A stretch of 62,756 bases of DNA, filler included, from Candidatus Coatesbacteria bacterium (GTDB lineage: Bacteria > JAFGND01): assembly GCA_016927185.1 (NCBI GenBank). It is 5 parts of 5 records of this genome, joined end to end, with 100 filler letters (N's around TTAATTAATTAA, not from the genome) between each part and the next. Parts side by side here need not be neighbours in the genome. Positions count along the whole stretch, not along the records: positions 1 to 30,772 come from JAFGND010000001.1; 4 more parts are not named here. One strand, 5' to 3'. Positions 18,523 to 29,273 of the stretch are shown here, in pieces (position 1 is the first letter of the stretch; every line of letters begins with the position of its first letter). The notes beneath the pieces were generated by a model that ran no database searches, had not been told where the DNA came from, and saw nothing but the letters and a program-made list of their open reading frames with translations. The translations under genes and the position numbers were made by a program.

Positions 18523-21500
18523 ATGCAAAAGCTTATGATAAGAATTTATTCCATATTACTCTTATTGACATGCATACTCGAAGGGGAAACTTCAAGAGGG
18601 ATTAATTATAAATATCCTGTAATATCTTCTCCTACATATATATATTTCGGAACTCCACTAGGTCTTCTTAAATACAATATTGAACACAAGGAATGGAGTT
18701 TTGTTACAGGCAAAGTCCTTGGTGGAAATAATGTAAGACAAATTGGGCTTGATGAGGATTATCTTTATGTAACCACAGAAGAAGGACTTGCAGTTTCAGA
18801 CATCAGGTTGAATGACTGGAGAGTATTCAGGAAGGAAATTGCTGAATTGCCTGTTAATGATATATGTTTCTCAACCGATTATGTCTTTCTTGCCTGTGAT
18901 GGAGGTTTGTCATTATGGGACAAACTTGGTCAGGCATGGAAAACTGCTCTTGAAAATGAAAAAGTATATTGCATTCAGGTTGTAAAGGACAATCTCTGGT
19001 TAGGCACTGAAAAAGGAATAAAATCCTATTCAATTAAGTTTGAGAGATTTACCAAATACGACAAGCAGGGTCTGCCAGCATGGAGATTTCATTCAATTGT
19101 ACAAACCCCTTCTTTCATATGGTTCATAGCAGATGAAGGACTTATACGTTATAACAAGGAACTGAAATCATTCAAGAGTTATGCAGCTTCTGCCAGTCTT
19201 CCTGTTTCAAGGGAAACAATCGGTTATGCATCCGCAGAGGAATTCTGGTTATTGAATTCGAAAGCGGATAAGAATGGAGTGACTATACTTAAATATGAAA
19301 CATCGCAGGATAATTTCTTCCCTTATATATACTTCGATAGATTACCCTCCAGCAAAATCAGCTCAGCAATAATGTCTTCATCAGACTGCTATTTCGCTTC
19401 AGATAAAGGACTTACAAGATACCTTTCATCTGAAAAGGACTGGAAGAATTACAGCCTTACTGATGGATTGTCATCTGTAAATATTGAACAGGTTTTCTTA
19501 AGCGGTAATACAATATTCTGTATCAATGAAAAGGGTATAGATAAAGGGGAGCTTGATAAGAATCAATGGAGACAATATTCCTGGGATAATCTTACAAGTG
19601 TTTCTGCATTCTCATTCCTTAATATGACAACAGACAAGGATGGCTTGACCACGAAATTTGCCGAGAAAACCAATCTTCAGATAAGGGGAAACAGTTCTCA
19701 TTATATCAAGGGTGAGAAAGAAACCGATAGCCAGAAGGACAGCAAGAATGATGTAAATGCAAGATTCAATATTGATGAAAAACGTTCAATATCAGGTTTT
19801 TATAATGATACGGATGAAGATGATGTAGAATGGGGGGCGACTTACAGGGGAGCAGACAGGGATATATTGAAAGAGGCATCAGTAGGTGAACAGAGGATGG
19901 CATATTATCAGAACAAGATAATAAATCCCATTACCATCAAGGGTGGTTCTGCATATCTGCAGGCCTTTTATTTTGAGGAAGAAAGCAATCAATCCAGATT
20001 GTATTTAAAAAGCTGGGCTGGCGAGAGGATTAGTGCGAAAACCAGGGATTATTTCAAGGGAAAAGGCAGAAGCGGTTCTACAACAAGAAACGATACTGAT
20101 TATCTTGGTAGCATTTACAGACTTACCAGAACAGGAATAGTGCCAGATGAACCTCATAAAATGGAAATCTGGCTTGATGATGGCAATCAATCCAATAATA
20201 CAAGGGATACAAGATTACTTACAATTGAAAACCAGAGAGGAAATTTTGACAGATTAAATCCAGGAATAGACTACTACTATATAAAAGAAGACAATGTTCT
20301 TGTAATGCAGAAGAGTGTTCCATCATCTGGATTGCTTGCTGCACATTTCACATCAGATGGAATTGAATACTGGATATTAATTGCATCTTCTTCGCGTTCA
20401 CAGGCTTTGACGAATTATTACAGTTCAGGTGGCAAGAAGATAATTCCCCATTCTTTTCATTTGTCTATAAGAGATAGTCTTGACAGAAGCATTTCATTGT
20501 CAAGATTCGGACTTGATAGAAACAGTGATGGAATGGTTGATGAGGAGTTTTTTGATTTTCAAAATGGCATACTTCATTTCCCTCAGGAAAAGCCTTTCAA
20601 TGCAGGTTGTTATGATCCGGATAATCCCGTAAGTACTTACAGATTAACTTTTCAATACGAAACAGAGATAAGTATTTTCTCTCTCAAGCATCAGGAAATA
20701 ATCCAGAATAGTGAAACTGTATACCTTGACAAGCTCCCTTTAGACAGGGGCAATGATTATATACTGGATTATTCCACAGGATCACTTCTGATTATTGATG
20801 AAAACCTGCTTTCTACAAACAGCTTTCTTGAAGTAACATATGAATTAGAGAAGAAAACCGGTCTTGATTTGTATGCAGGTGAGCTAGGCATACAACCTTT
20901 GAAGCAGGCAAGACTGGGTGGTAATTATATCAGATACAAGAGCAGGCACTTCTCAAGCCAGAGTTTGAGAGTAGATTTGCCAGGACCTTTCAAGGACAGT
21001 TCCATAAGAATTGAGCCTGAATTTGCCTTAAGCAAGCAGGATACAACAAATGCTGCTTATGCTGGAAGAGGAGAAATTCAGTTAAGATCAGATATCATGC
21101 AGGTTTTTATTGATTATCTGAGGAATACGGAGAAATTCGAGAATCTTGACACATTATATAATTCAGGTGGAGCAATAAGAGATAGAATAAGCGAGGAAGC
21201 TACAGTGAAGCCATATTCCTGGCTTCCGATAAGCATTATTTGCGGATTAGAGACTTCCTGGGCTGATTCCATTGGATCAGAAAGATTGCTTAAGAGCAAG
21301 AGTTTTCAAGGAGAAATCTCTGAAAACAAACCCGAATTTCCTTCCATGACACTGACTGCATTGAACTGGTCAAGAGAGGAAACTGAACAAGATGTAGTAA
21401 CCAATATGGGAAAAAGCAAGATATCTTATGATTTGCCAAAAGAATTACTGGATAACGTGAAAATATACAGTCTGAATATAGAGGCATTCTATAAAAGGAA

Positions 21501-22611
21501 CTGGATCAGCGAATATTTCACATATGAAGATTCTCTGCCAGACGTGAAATCCCAGGAATCTACATGGTATACGCAGTTCAAGATTTCTCCCATAAACAAT
21601 CTTTCTGCCTCAGTCAAATTCGAGGAAGGAAAAACAAAAGACGACAGGGCATCTCTTCCATGGCATACCAGCCAGCTTGGAAGGGAATTAACACTAGAGA
21701 TTACAACTGATGCCTTGAAGGGATTTTATTTCAAGGAAACTCTTGAAGGTCAATATGATGATTTTTCATTGCAGCTTTCTCCATTCATTGTTGAGGAAGA
21801 ACAGAGAAGAAAGATAAAAAGTGAAATTAAATTCTATCCTGGACAATATTATACTCCAATGAATTTCATATCATTGATTTTTGATATAAATAATGAAAAA
21901 AACGGCTGGATAAGAAAGGGAGCTAATGGAAGTCTCAAAGATATCATTTTCACCAACTGGAATGAAAGTGATTTTTTATCTCTTTCTGATCCAACAATTT
22001 ACGGTATTGGAACTGAAATAACACCTTTCTCTCAGTTAAGCCTGAGCTCCAGATATGACTTTGGAAAAAGCGAGGAATGGAATTATGATACAGAAAAACT
22101 GCTTAATCTGAATACATTGACTAACAAGATTATAATGAAACCCAAGGATAAAACACAAATAACCTTAAAGGAAATAGATACATGGAATCATGAAGAACAG
22201 GGTGCAAAAACTGTAAAGCATAATCCCTGGATTTCATGGCAGGAAAACTGGAGTTCTTTGCTTCTAAGCAATCTGGCTTTCACCTTCAAGAATGAAAGGG
22301 ATTCATGGATAGAAATATGGGAAATAAAGAGAAGCTATGGTCAAAGTCTATCTCTTACTTTCAATTTCGGCAAGCATAAATATATTGGAGAACTTATTGT
22401 AATACCAGCATTTAACCTGACGAGACAGAATAGCTGGGACTGGAACAGCTACAGCAGAAGAGATGCAATGTATCTTGACTTGAATATAGACTGGAATCCC
22501 CTAAGTTTCATAACAACAAGACTTTACTCAACTGCTATTTATTCAAAAACAGATAATGAAACCTCAAAATGGAATTATCAATTCTCTATGGAAGGAAGTA
22601 TTCATTTCTAA
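18523..22611 (+). CDS. large outer-membrane protein with N-terminal beta-propeller, SprA-like central motifs and C-terminal beta-barrel
   Basis: Signal peptide, GL...N.V repeats, IIQNSETVYLD..PL.RG.DY.LDY.TG.L...LEVTYE and LNPGIDYY motifs, a beta-rich C-terminus and a terminal Phe. Confidence 0.6.
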   Translation: MQKLMIRIYSILLLLTCILEGETSRGINYKYPVISSPTYIYFGTPLGLLKYNIEHKEWSFVTGKVLGGNNVRQIGLDEDYLYVTTEEGLAVSDIRLNDWRVFRKEIAELPVNDICFSTDYVFLACDGGLSLWDKLGQAWKTALENEKVYCIQVVKDNLWLGTEKGIKSYSIKFERFTKYDKQGLPAWRFHSIVQTPSFIWFIADEGLIRYNKELKSFKSYAASASLPVSRETIGYASAEEFWLLNSKADKNGVTILKYETSQDNFFPYIYFDRLPSSKISSAIMSSSDCYFASDKGLTRYLSSEKDWKNYSLTDGLSSVNIEQVFLSGNTIFCINEKGIDKGELDKNQWRQYSWDNLTSVSAFSFLNMTTDKDGLTTKFAEKTNLQIRGNSSHYIKGEKETDSQKDSKNDVNARFNIDEKRSISGFYNDTDEDDVEWGATYRGADRDILKEASVGEQRMAYYQNKIINPITIKGGSAYLQAFYFEEESNQSRLYLKSWAGERISAKTRDYFKGKGRSGSTTRNDTDYLGSIYRLTRTGIVPDEPHKMEIWLDDGNQSNNTRDTRLLTIENQRGNFDRLNPGIDYYYIKEDNVLVMQKSVPSSGLLAAHFTSDGIEYWILIASSSRSQALTNYYSSGGKKIIPHSFHLSIRDSLDRSISLSRFGLDRNSDGMVDEEFFDFQNGILHFPQEKPFNAGCYDPDNPVSTYRLTFQYETEISIFSLKHQEIIQNSETVYLDKLPLDRGNDYILDYSTGSLLIIDENLLSTNSFLEVTYELEKKTGLDLYAGELGIQPLKQARLGGNYIRYKSRHFSSQSLRVDLPGPFKDSSIRIEPEFALSKQDTTNAAYAGRGEIQLRSDIMQVFIDYLRNTEKFENLDTLYNSGGAIRDRISEEATVKPYSWLPISIICGLETSWADSIGSERLLKSKSFQGEISENKPEFPSMTLTALNWSREETEQDVVTNMGKSKISYDLPKELLDNVKIYSLNIEAFYKRNWISEYFTYEDSLPDVKSQESTWYTQFKISPINNLSASVKFEEGKTKDDRASLPWHTSQLGRELTLEITTDALKGFYFKETLEGQYDDFSLQLSPFIVEEEQRRKIKSEIKFYPGQYYTPMNFISLIFDINNEKNGWIRKGANGSLKDIIFTNWNESDFLSLSDPTIYGIGTEITPFSQLSLSSRYDFGKSEEWNYDTEKLLNLNTLTNKIIMKPKDKTQITLKEIDTWNHEEQGAKTVKHNPWISWQENWSSLLLSNLAFTFKNERDSWIEIWEIKRSYGQSLSLTFNFGKHKYIGELIVIPAFNLTRQNSWDWNSYSRRDAMYLDLNIDWNPLSFITTRLYSTAIYSKTDNETSKWNYQFSMEGSIHF

Positions 22612-22653
22612 AATTCAATTGACATTATTGATATCTAATAAGGACTAAAGACC

Positions 22654-24060
22654 ATGCTAAAAAGCATTCCTCTCTGGGCTGAGATTGCAACTCCGCTAGT
22701 TGGTCTAAATAAAAACGGTACAATATACTGGATAAACAAGGAAGCAAGAAGCAAATTGCCTTTTTTCCTAAACCATTCAGAGACTCCAATCTGGGAAGAT
22801 ATGAGCTGGACTGCTACTGAAGCAATGAAGATAGAGGATCTGATAATGAATGAAGCCTCAAACACTCTGGAAATCAATATCACTGATTTGTTCGGATTTC
22901 AAGAGAAAACGATATGGAAGAAGGTATGGCATAGTTCTGCAGATAATCCTGATATACTGCTGCATATCCTCATAAGCAGCGACAAGGAACATCTCAAGAA
23001 TAAGTATCAATCCTTGGTTAATCTTGTAGATGAATTCCAGAATATACTTCCTATTGGGATGATTTCATTCAACAGGGATGAAATTATAACTGGCCTTACA
23101 AGAAAGGCTTTGCAGATATTATATCCTGTTCCCCTTAGGAGAAATCATTCGCTAAAGGAGTTCGATTCAATTCTGGGAAATGAATGGCATGATATAATAA
23201 AAAGTGAAGATCTTTATGGAAACAGGAAAATTATTACTCCGGGTGGCAAGAATCTCAATATAACATTTTCCAAGCATGATGAACAGATAATCTGTTTCAT
23301 AGATGATTTAACCCAGCAGTTCTATTACGATGAGAAACTTAAGGAACTTTCTGATTTGAAGGATTTTGCTGAACTTGTCCTGAGTGCTGCAAGACAAATC
23401 AATAATATACTTGGGGTTGTCAGTGCAAGAGCACAATATCTGGAGAAACATCCAGGGGATCAGGAAAAAGTGAAACAGACTATAGATATTATAATAAAAA
23501 AGACTGAGGAGAACAGTGTCTTGATAAAAAATATACAGAATTATGCAAATCTGAAATTAGCTCATAAATTCCTCAATTTTGATATAATAGAATATATTAA
23601 GAATATAGTAAAAAATGAACAATATTTGTGGCATTCAACCCAGAAGAGAATACATCTCTCTCTCAGATTCAAGGTTGAAAGGGCTGTAATAAGTGGTAAT
23701 CCTGATGAAATAATGGAGCTTATCAGGATACTCTTGAAGAATGCCAAGGATTCAATAATATCTCAGGGAGAAATAATACTTACTGTTAGAGAGGAGCTGA
23801 ATCAGATAATCCTGGAAGTCAGTGACAATGGAATAGGTATTCCCAAGGAGAACCATACAAAGATTTTTCAGGCATTTTTCACTACAAAGCAATCTCCAGC
23901 TAAAGGTACAGGACTTAACATAGCTATGGGGATTGCTCTCAGGCATCAGGCAAGAATAAACTTCGAAAGTGAGCCAGGCAAGGGAACAGATTTTCAGGTT
24001 ATTTTCCCTAAAAAACCTATCATGGATTCTTATCAGGAGAAGCTATCTTTTCAGGCTTAG
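22654..24060 (+). CDS. histidine kinase-like protein (HATPase_c), phospho-His apparently absent
   Basis: N box ILLKNAKDS, D box VSDNGIGI, F box IFQAFFTTK and G box GTGL. The H-box reads AARQINNILG. Confidence 0.8.
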   Translation: MLKSIPLWAEIATPLVGLNKNGTIYWINKEARSKLPFFLNHSETPIWEDMSWTATEAMKIEDLIMNEASNTLEINITDLFGFQEKTIWKKVWHSSADNPDILLHILISSDKEHLKNKYQSLVNLVDEFQNILPIGMISFNRDEIITGLTRKALQILYPVPLRRNHSLKEFDSILGNEWHDIIKSEDLYGNRKIITPGGKNLNITFSKHDEQIICFIDDLTQQFYYDEKLKELSDLKDFAELVLSAARQINNILGVVSARAQYLEKHPGDQEKVKQTIDIIIKKTEENSVLIKNIQNYANLKLAHKFLNFDIIEYIKNIVKNEQYLWHSTQKRIHLSLRFKVERAVISGNPDEIMELIRILLKNAKDSIISQGEIILTVREELNQIILEVSDNGIGIPKENHTKIFQAFFTTKQSPAKGTGLNIAMGIALRHQARINFESEPGKGTDFQVIFPKKPIMDSYQEKLSFQA

Positions 24061-24874
24061 GGGCATCTTTCTTTAAAAGCACTTTTACAGCTGTCTTTGG
24101 ATCAGGTTTTGCTTCCTTCTTTGCAGGTGGTTGAGGAGTTCTCTTTTTCTTGTCCTTAGGCATAGGTGGTTTCTTTTCAGCCTTTATTGATTTTGTACTG
24201 TCAATCTGGGTAGCTGCTGGAACAAGTTTCTGCTCTTCCTCTTTGGATATTTCATCCCATACAACATCAATGTGACATGAAATGGAAATCCCGAGTGCAA
24301 ACAATGCTTCTTTTGCCTTCTTCTGAACATCATTTCTTTCTTTCTCTAAATCCAGCCTCTTGAAAATATGCTCCCTTAATTCCTGTTCGATATTCTCCAT
24401 CTTGTTTGCATCATGGAATTTGTTATACCATCCATTTGTTGGATCAAACATTAGTAAATCAGCTTTCTTGGAAATGAGAGCAGGTCTGTACAGGTTTACT
24501 GTAGCAAAATACCTATCTTTATCTTTTTTTACATTAAGCTGCCTGAAAGATTGTTCACTGAAACCGATTTTATAATCACCCTTTATTATTACTGATACTG
24601 ATATGTAATTCTCCATGTATTCAGAGAAATAAGGCAGATTGAATTCTTTTGCTTCATTTCCCTTTATGACTTCTATTTTCTCTGATGAAACAAACATGTT
24701 TGAAAGTACAATTGGTATTGCCTCCTTGAGTTTATCTTCGACTTCCTTTCTCTCCTTTTCATGATCAGGAGGTGGTTCAGGCCACAACATATATGTTACA
24801 AGGATTATCAAAGCAAGCGTTTCAGCTATAGCAATGACAGGTATAATCAGTTTGTATATTTTCTCTTTATCCAT
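24020..24874 (-). CDS. membrane-anchored hypothetical protein (DUF4230-like) with Pro/Lys-rich tail
   Basis: N-terminal TM segment, IKGDYKIGF...VNL..P pattern and low-complexity C-terminus. Confidence 0.5.
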   Translation of the reverse strand: MDKEKIYKLIIPVIAIAETLALIILVTYMLWPEPPPDHEKERKEVEDKLKEAIPIVLSNMFVSSEKIEVIKGNEAKEFNLPYFSEYMENYISVSVIIKGDYKIGFSEQSFRQLNVKKDKDRYFATVNLYRPALISKKADLLMFDPTNGWYNKFHDANKMENIEQELREHIFKRLDLEKERNDVQKKAKEALFALGISISCHIDVVWDEISKEEEQKLVPAATQIDSTKSIKAEKKPPMPKDKKKRTPQPPAKKEAKPDPKTAVKVLLKKDAPKPEKIASPDKNP

Positions 24875-24906
24875 AATATTGCATTATATCTATAAGAACT
24901 TACATT

Positions 24907-26241
24907 CTAATAATTATCAATTATTGTACTATGCGGAATACCACTTCCCCTTCCTATACTGTCATATATGAATCCTTTTGACTGAACATGGTTTGGATCA
25001 TATGTATTCCTGGCATCAAAGAAGTATGGGGATCTTACAACGCTTTTCAGCTCAGTGAAATTCAGTTCCTTGAATTCATTCCATTCAGTTAAAAGAAGTA
25101 ACAGATCAACATCTCTTGCAAGTTCTACCGGATTTTTTGCATATTCAATACTGTTATTGAAAATCTTCCTGAATTCATCATTTGCAACAGGATCATAAAT
25201 CCTTACCTTGCAGCCTTCAGATAGAAACCATCTTGTTATATCAATTGATGGAGCTTCCCGTATATCATCGGTATTCGGCTTGAAACTCACTCCCAGAATT
25301 CCTATTGTCTTGTTTTCCAATGGATTACATAGATTTTTTATCTTGGAGAAAACCATTTTTCTTTGCTTGAAATTAGCTTCCTGTGCAGATTTCACTATCC
25401 CCAGATTAATATTGTTCTGCTCGCCTATTTTGATAAGAGCGCTGATATCCTTTGGAAAACATGAACCACCAAATCCTGCACCCGCCTTGAGAAACATTGG
25501 ATTTATGCGCTTATCCATACCCATTCCATGAGAAACCAGCTCAATGTCTGCACCGACTTTCTCGCATAATGCTGCTATCTCGTTTATGAATGATATTTTT
25601 GTTGCAAGGAAAGCATTTGATGCATATTTTATCATTTCTGCACTTCTTACATCAGTTACAATAATGGGGCTCTTCAATGGTCTGTAAAGATTTATCATAG
25701 TCTGAGCTGCTCCCTCAGTTCTTGTTCCAATTATAATCCTGTCCGGGAAAAAGAAATCGTTTATTGCAGAACCTTCCTTAAGAAATTCAGGATTGGAAAC
25801 AACCTCGAAATCGAAACTTTCAGACTGATTTTCCATTATTATTTTTGTAACAATATCTCCCATGCCTATTGGAACTGTTGATTTGTTAACTACAATCTTG
25901 TAGCCATTCATGTATTTGCCAACCAGTTCACTTACAGATTTGACATATGAAAGATCAGCATCTCCTGTAGGAAGCGGGGGAGTTCCAACTGCAATGAAAA
26001 TAATGCTGCTGTTTTCAACTGCATACTTGATATCTGTTGTAAATCTCAATCTTCCCTGATTTATGTTTCTCTTAAGGAGTTCTTCTATGCCCGGCTCGAA
26101 AATAGGACTTATGCTGTTTCTGAGATTATTAATCTTGTTCTCATCTATATCCACACCGATAACATCATTCCCTATTTCTGCAAGACAAGTTCCTGTAACA
26201 AGACCTACATAACCAGTTCCAACTACGCTTACCTTATTCAT
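24907..26241 (-). CDS. ugd: UDP-glucose/GDP-mannose dehydrogenase
   Basis: GTGYVGL, KSTVP, SNPEFLKEG, KYASNAFLATKISF, GFGGSCFPKD and FKPNTDDIRE. Confidence 0.94.
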   Translation of the reverse strand: MNKVSVVGTGYVGLVTGTCLAEIGNDVIGVDIDENKINNLRNSISPIFEPGIEELLKRNINQGRLRFTTDIKYAVENSSIIFIAVGTPPLPTGDADLSYVKSVSELVGKYMNGYKIVVNKSTVPIGMGDIVTKIIMENQSESFDFEVVSNPEFLKEGSAINDFFFPDRIIIGTRTEGAAQTMINLYRPLKSPIIVTDVRSAEMIKYASNAFLATKISFINEIAALCEKVGADIELVSHGMGMDKRINPMFLKAGAGFGGSCFPKDISALIKIGEQNNINLGIVKSAQEANFKQRKMVFSKIKNLCNPLENKTIGILGVSFKPNTDDIREAPSIDITRWFLSEGCKVRIYDPVANDEFRKIFNNSIEYAKNPVELARDVDLLLLLTEWNEFKELNFTELKSVVRSPYFFDARNTYDPNHVQSKGFIYDSIGRGSGIPHSTIIDNY

Positions 26242-26497
26242 ACAAACTCCTTAGGACTTCAATTATCACTGGTCAGGTTTCTCTATCATACTTCCCTGTC
26301 AACTATCTTGTTAAAGAAGCAAGAAAAATTAAACCATAAACCTTTGATTGTCATTGATTTAACGGAAACTAATAAAGAGGGCTTTTCAGGAAACCTGTTA
26401 TTAGGCAATTCGTCTTTAGTATAAGTCAATCATATAAAACATTGATTTTCATATGCTTATTGGCTTATTAACCCAGTCTTGTTTCTTGAAACCTGAC

Positions 26498-26526
26498 CTT
26501 GAAACACTATATTTAAGGACCCATGA
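26498..26526 (+). promoter_or_regulatory. sigma32-like heat-shock promoter candidate upstream of clpB
   Basis: CTTGAAA-N14-ACCCATGA resembles CTTGAAA-N13/14-CCCCATNT. Confidence 0.35.
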
Positions 26527-26629
26527 CAAAATGACATGCTCAATGATTCTTGAAAAGCTTCTGTTTATAGGTATAAGAAGTCTGGTATGATATTTTCTAT
26601 ATAAATTGAAAAAAGTCGTGGAGGGATTT

Positions 26630-29236
26630 ATGAATCTTGAGAAATTCACTGTAAAGTCACAGGAAGCAATTGCTGATGCACAGCAGAAAGCCCTGTCAGG
26701 AAAACAGCAGCAGATTACTGCACTTCATCTGCTTAAAGCACTTCTGGAGCAGGAAGACAGTATAATACGTCCAATGCTGGAACGACTTTCTGTCGCATCT
26801 GACAAAATGCTTAAAAATATCACAAGAGAAATAGGAAAGATTCCAAAGGTTGAAGGAGATGCTGCTTCACAAATTTACATATCAGGTGATCTTCATGCAG
26901 TTATAAACAAATCATTCGAGGAGGCGGAAGCATTCAAGGATGAATATATAAGCACTGAACACTTGTTTCTTGGAATGTTTGCAGCTAAAAATATAGTTTC
27001 AGGCATATTCAAGGAATTTCAGCTTACAAGAGAAAAAGTACTCACTTCATTGAAGGAAATAAGAGGTGAACAGAGAGTAACTGACCAGAATCCCGAGGAA
27101 AAGTATCAGACGCTGCAGAAATATGGCAGAGATTTAACTGATCTTGCAAGAAAGGGGAAACTGGATCCAGTGATCGGGCGTGATGAGGAAATAAGACGTG
27201 TTATACAGGTGCTTTCAAGGAGAACCAAGAACAATCCTGTGCTTCAGGGAGAACCCGGAGTCGGAAAGACTGCTATTGTAGAGGGACTTGCCCAGAGGAT
27301 TGTAAATGGTGATGTGCCCCAGTCACTCAAGGACAGACAGGTTGTAGCTCTTGATATAGGAGCGCTGCTTGCTGGAACCAAGTTCAGGGGAGAATTCGAG
27401 AACAGATTAAAGGCATTGATACAGGAAGTAATAAAAAGTGAGGGGAAGATAATTCTCTTCATAGATGAGCTTCATACAATTGTAGGGGCAGGAAAAGCTG
27501 AAGGAGCTGTTGATGCAGGAAATATGCTGAAACCTGCACTTGCAAGAGGAGAGCTTCGCTGTATTGGTGCAACAACACTGGATGAATACAGGAAAAATAT
27601 AGAGAAGGATGCTGCATTAGAGAGAAGATTCCAGCCCGTGCCTGTAATGGAGCCATCTCTTGAAGACACAATTGCAATACTGCGAGGTTTGAAGGAGAGA
27701 TACGAAACCCATCATGGAGTGCGCATAAAAGATTCAGCAATTGTAAGCGCTGCGGTTCTTTCAACCAGATACATTTCAGACAGATTCCTTCCTGACAAGG
27801 CAATAGATCTGATTGATGAAGCTGCAAGCAAACTCAGGATTGAGATAGATTCACTGCCAACAGAGATTGATGTTATAAGCAGGCAGATAATGCAGCTTCA
27901 GATTGAAAGGGAAGCCTTGAGAAAAGAGAAGGAATCCAATCCTGCAACAATGGAAAAATGGAATGAGATAAACAGAGAGATTGCTGAGCTTGAAGAGAAA
28001 CTGAATGGTCTCAAGGCTCACTGGATGAGAGAAAAGGAAATCATAACAGAAATATCGAAGCTCAAGGCTGAACAAGAGGAACTAAGGACAAAAGAGCAGA
28101 AACTTGAAAGAGAGGGAAATCTTGAGGAACTTGCAAAGATTAAATATGGCACAATGCAGGAAATTGTCCAGAAGATCAATGAAGCTAATCAGAAACTTGC
28201 TGAGATTCAGAAAGACAGAAAAATACTGAAAGAGGAAGTTGATGAAGAGGATATTGCTTCCATAATATCACGATGGACTGGAATACCAGTATCAAGGCTT
28301 ATTGAAAGCGAGATCATGAAACTTGTGAAAATGGAGGAAAGGCTTTCAGAGCGTGTAATTGGGCAGGAGAAGGCAATAAATGCAGTTTCAAATGCAGTCA
28401 GAAGGGCAAGATCAGGTTTGTCGGATCCCAAGAGACCAATTGGCTCCTTCATATTTGTAGGACCTACTGGTGTAGGAAAAACGGAACTTGCAAGGGCACT
28501 GGCAGAATTCTTGTTTGATAATGAACAGGCAATGATAAGAATTGACATGAGCGAGTTCATGGAAAAGCACTCTGTATCAAGACTTATTGGTGCCCCTCCT
28601 GGTTACATTGGATATGACGAGGGAGGAGTGCTGACTGAAGCAGTAAGAAGACGTCCTTACAGTGTTGTGCTCTTTGATGAGATAGAGAAAGCCCATACTG
28701 AAGTTTTCAATGTACTGCTTCAAATACTTGAGGATGGGAGACTTACTGACGGAAAGGGAAGGACAGTAGATTTCAAGAATACTGTCATTATTATGACAAG
28801 CAATCTTGGAAGCGAGCAGATAATGAGAATGGTTGAAGACAGGAATTCCGATGAGGAAATAACTGCAATAGTGAGTACACTTCTCAAGAATACGCTCAAG
28901 CCAGAATTTCTCAACAGGATTGATGAGATAATAGTATTTCACAGTCTTAACAAGGAAGAGATAATTGCAATTCTTGAAATACAACTTAAGGAAATTAAGA
29001 AAAGGCTTGATGAGCATAAAATCGTAATAGAATTGACTGATACCGCAAAGGAATATCTTGCGAATGAAGGTTTTGAACCAAGCTTTGGGGCAAGGCCTTT
29101 GAAGAGGGTACTTCAGAATGAAATAGTAAACAATCTTGCATTGATGATACTGAAAGGCGAGATAAAGGACAATTCCAGAATAGAGATAGATTATAAGGGA
29201 AAGAACCTTGCATTCAGAACAGTCCAGGATGAATAA
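26630..29236 (+). CDS. clpB: ATP-dependent chaperone ClpB
   Basis: Two AAA modules ([17 protein letters not shown]), long coiled-coil M domain and GARPLKR. Start ATG 26630. Confidence 0.96.
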   Translation: MNLEKFTVKSQEAIADAQQKALSGKQQQITALHLLKALLEQEDSIIRPMLERLSVASDKMLKNITREIGKIPKVEGDAASQIYISGDLHAVINKSFEEAEAFKDEYISTEHLFLGMFAAKNIVSGIFKEFQLTREKVLTSLKEIRGEQRVTDQNPEEKYQTLQKYGRDLTDLARKGKLDPVIGRDEEIRRVIQVLSRRTKNNPVLQGEPGVGKTAIVEGLAQRIVNGDVPQSLKDRQVVALDIGALLAGTKFRGEFENRLKALIQEVIKSEGKIILFIDELHTIVGAGKAEGAVDAGNMLKPALARGELRCIGATTLDEYRKNIEKDAALERRFQPVPVMEPSLEDTIAILRGLKERYETHHGVRIKDSAIVSAAVLSTRYISDRFLPDKAIDLIDEAASKLRIEIDSLPTEIDVISRQIMQLQIEREALRKEKESNPATMEKWNEINREIAELEEKLNGLKAHWMREKEIITEISKLKAEQEELRTKEQKLEREGNLEELAKIKYGTMQEIVQKINEANQKLAEIQKDRKILKEEVDEEDIASIISRWTGIPVSRLIESEIMKLVKMEERLSERVIGQEKAINAVSNAVRRARSGLSDPKRPIGSFIFVGPTGVGKTELARALAEFLFDNEQAMIRIDMSEFMEKHSVSRLIGAPPGYIGYDEGGVLTEAVRRRPYSVVLFDEIEKAHTEVFNVLLQILEDGRLTDGKGRTVDFKNTVIIMTSNLGSEQIMRMVEDRNSDEEITAIVSTLLKNTLKPEFLNRIDEIIVFHSLNKEEIIAILEIQLKEIKKRLDEHKIVIELTDTAKEYLANEGFEPSFGARPLKRVLQNEIVNNLALMILKGEIKDNSRIEIDYKGKNLAFRTVQDE

Positions 29237-29241
29237 AAAAG

Positions 29242-29270
29242 AAAGCACTAGTGAAAGGCTGGTGCCTTTT
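29242..29270. terminator. intrinsic terminator between convergent genes
   Basis: GCACTAG-tgaaagg-CTGGTGC stem flanked by A and T tracts. Confidence 0.55.
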
Positions 29271-29273
29271 CTC

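Noticed and set aside
28577-29248. Long antisense ORFs inside clpB, gyrA, ugd, cca and other genes
   Set aside because: These are shadow ORFs opposite well-conserved genes, with no RBS or recognisable motifs.
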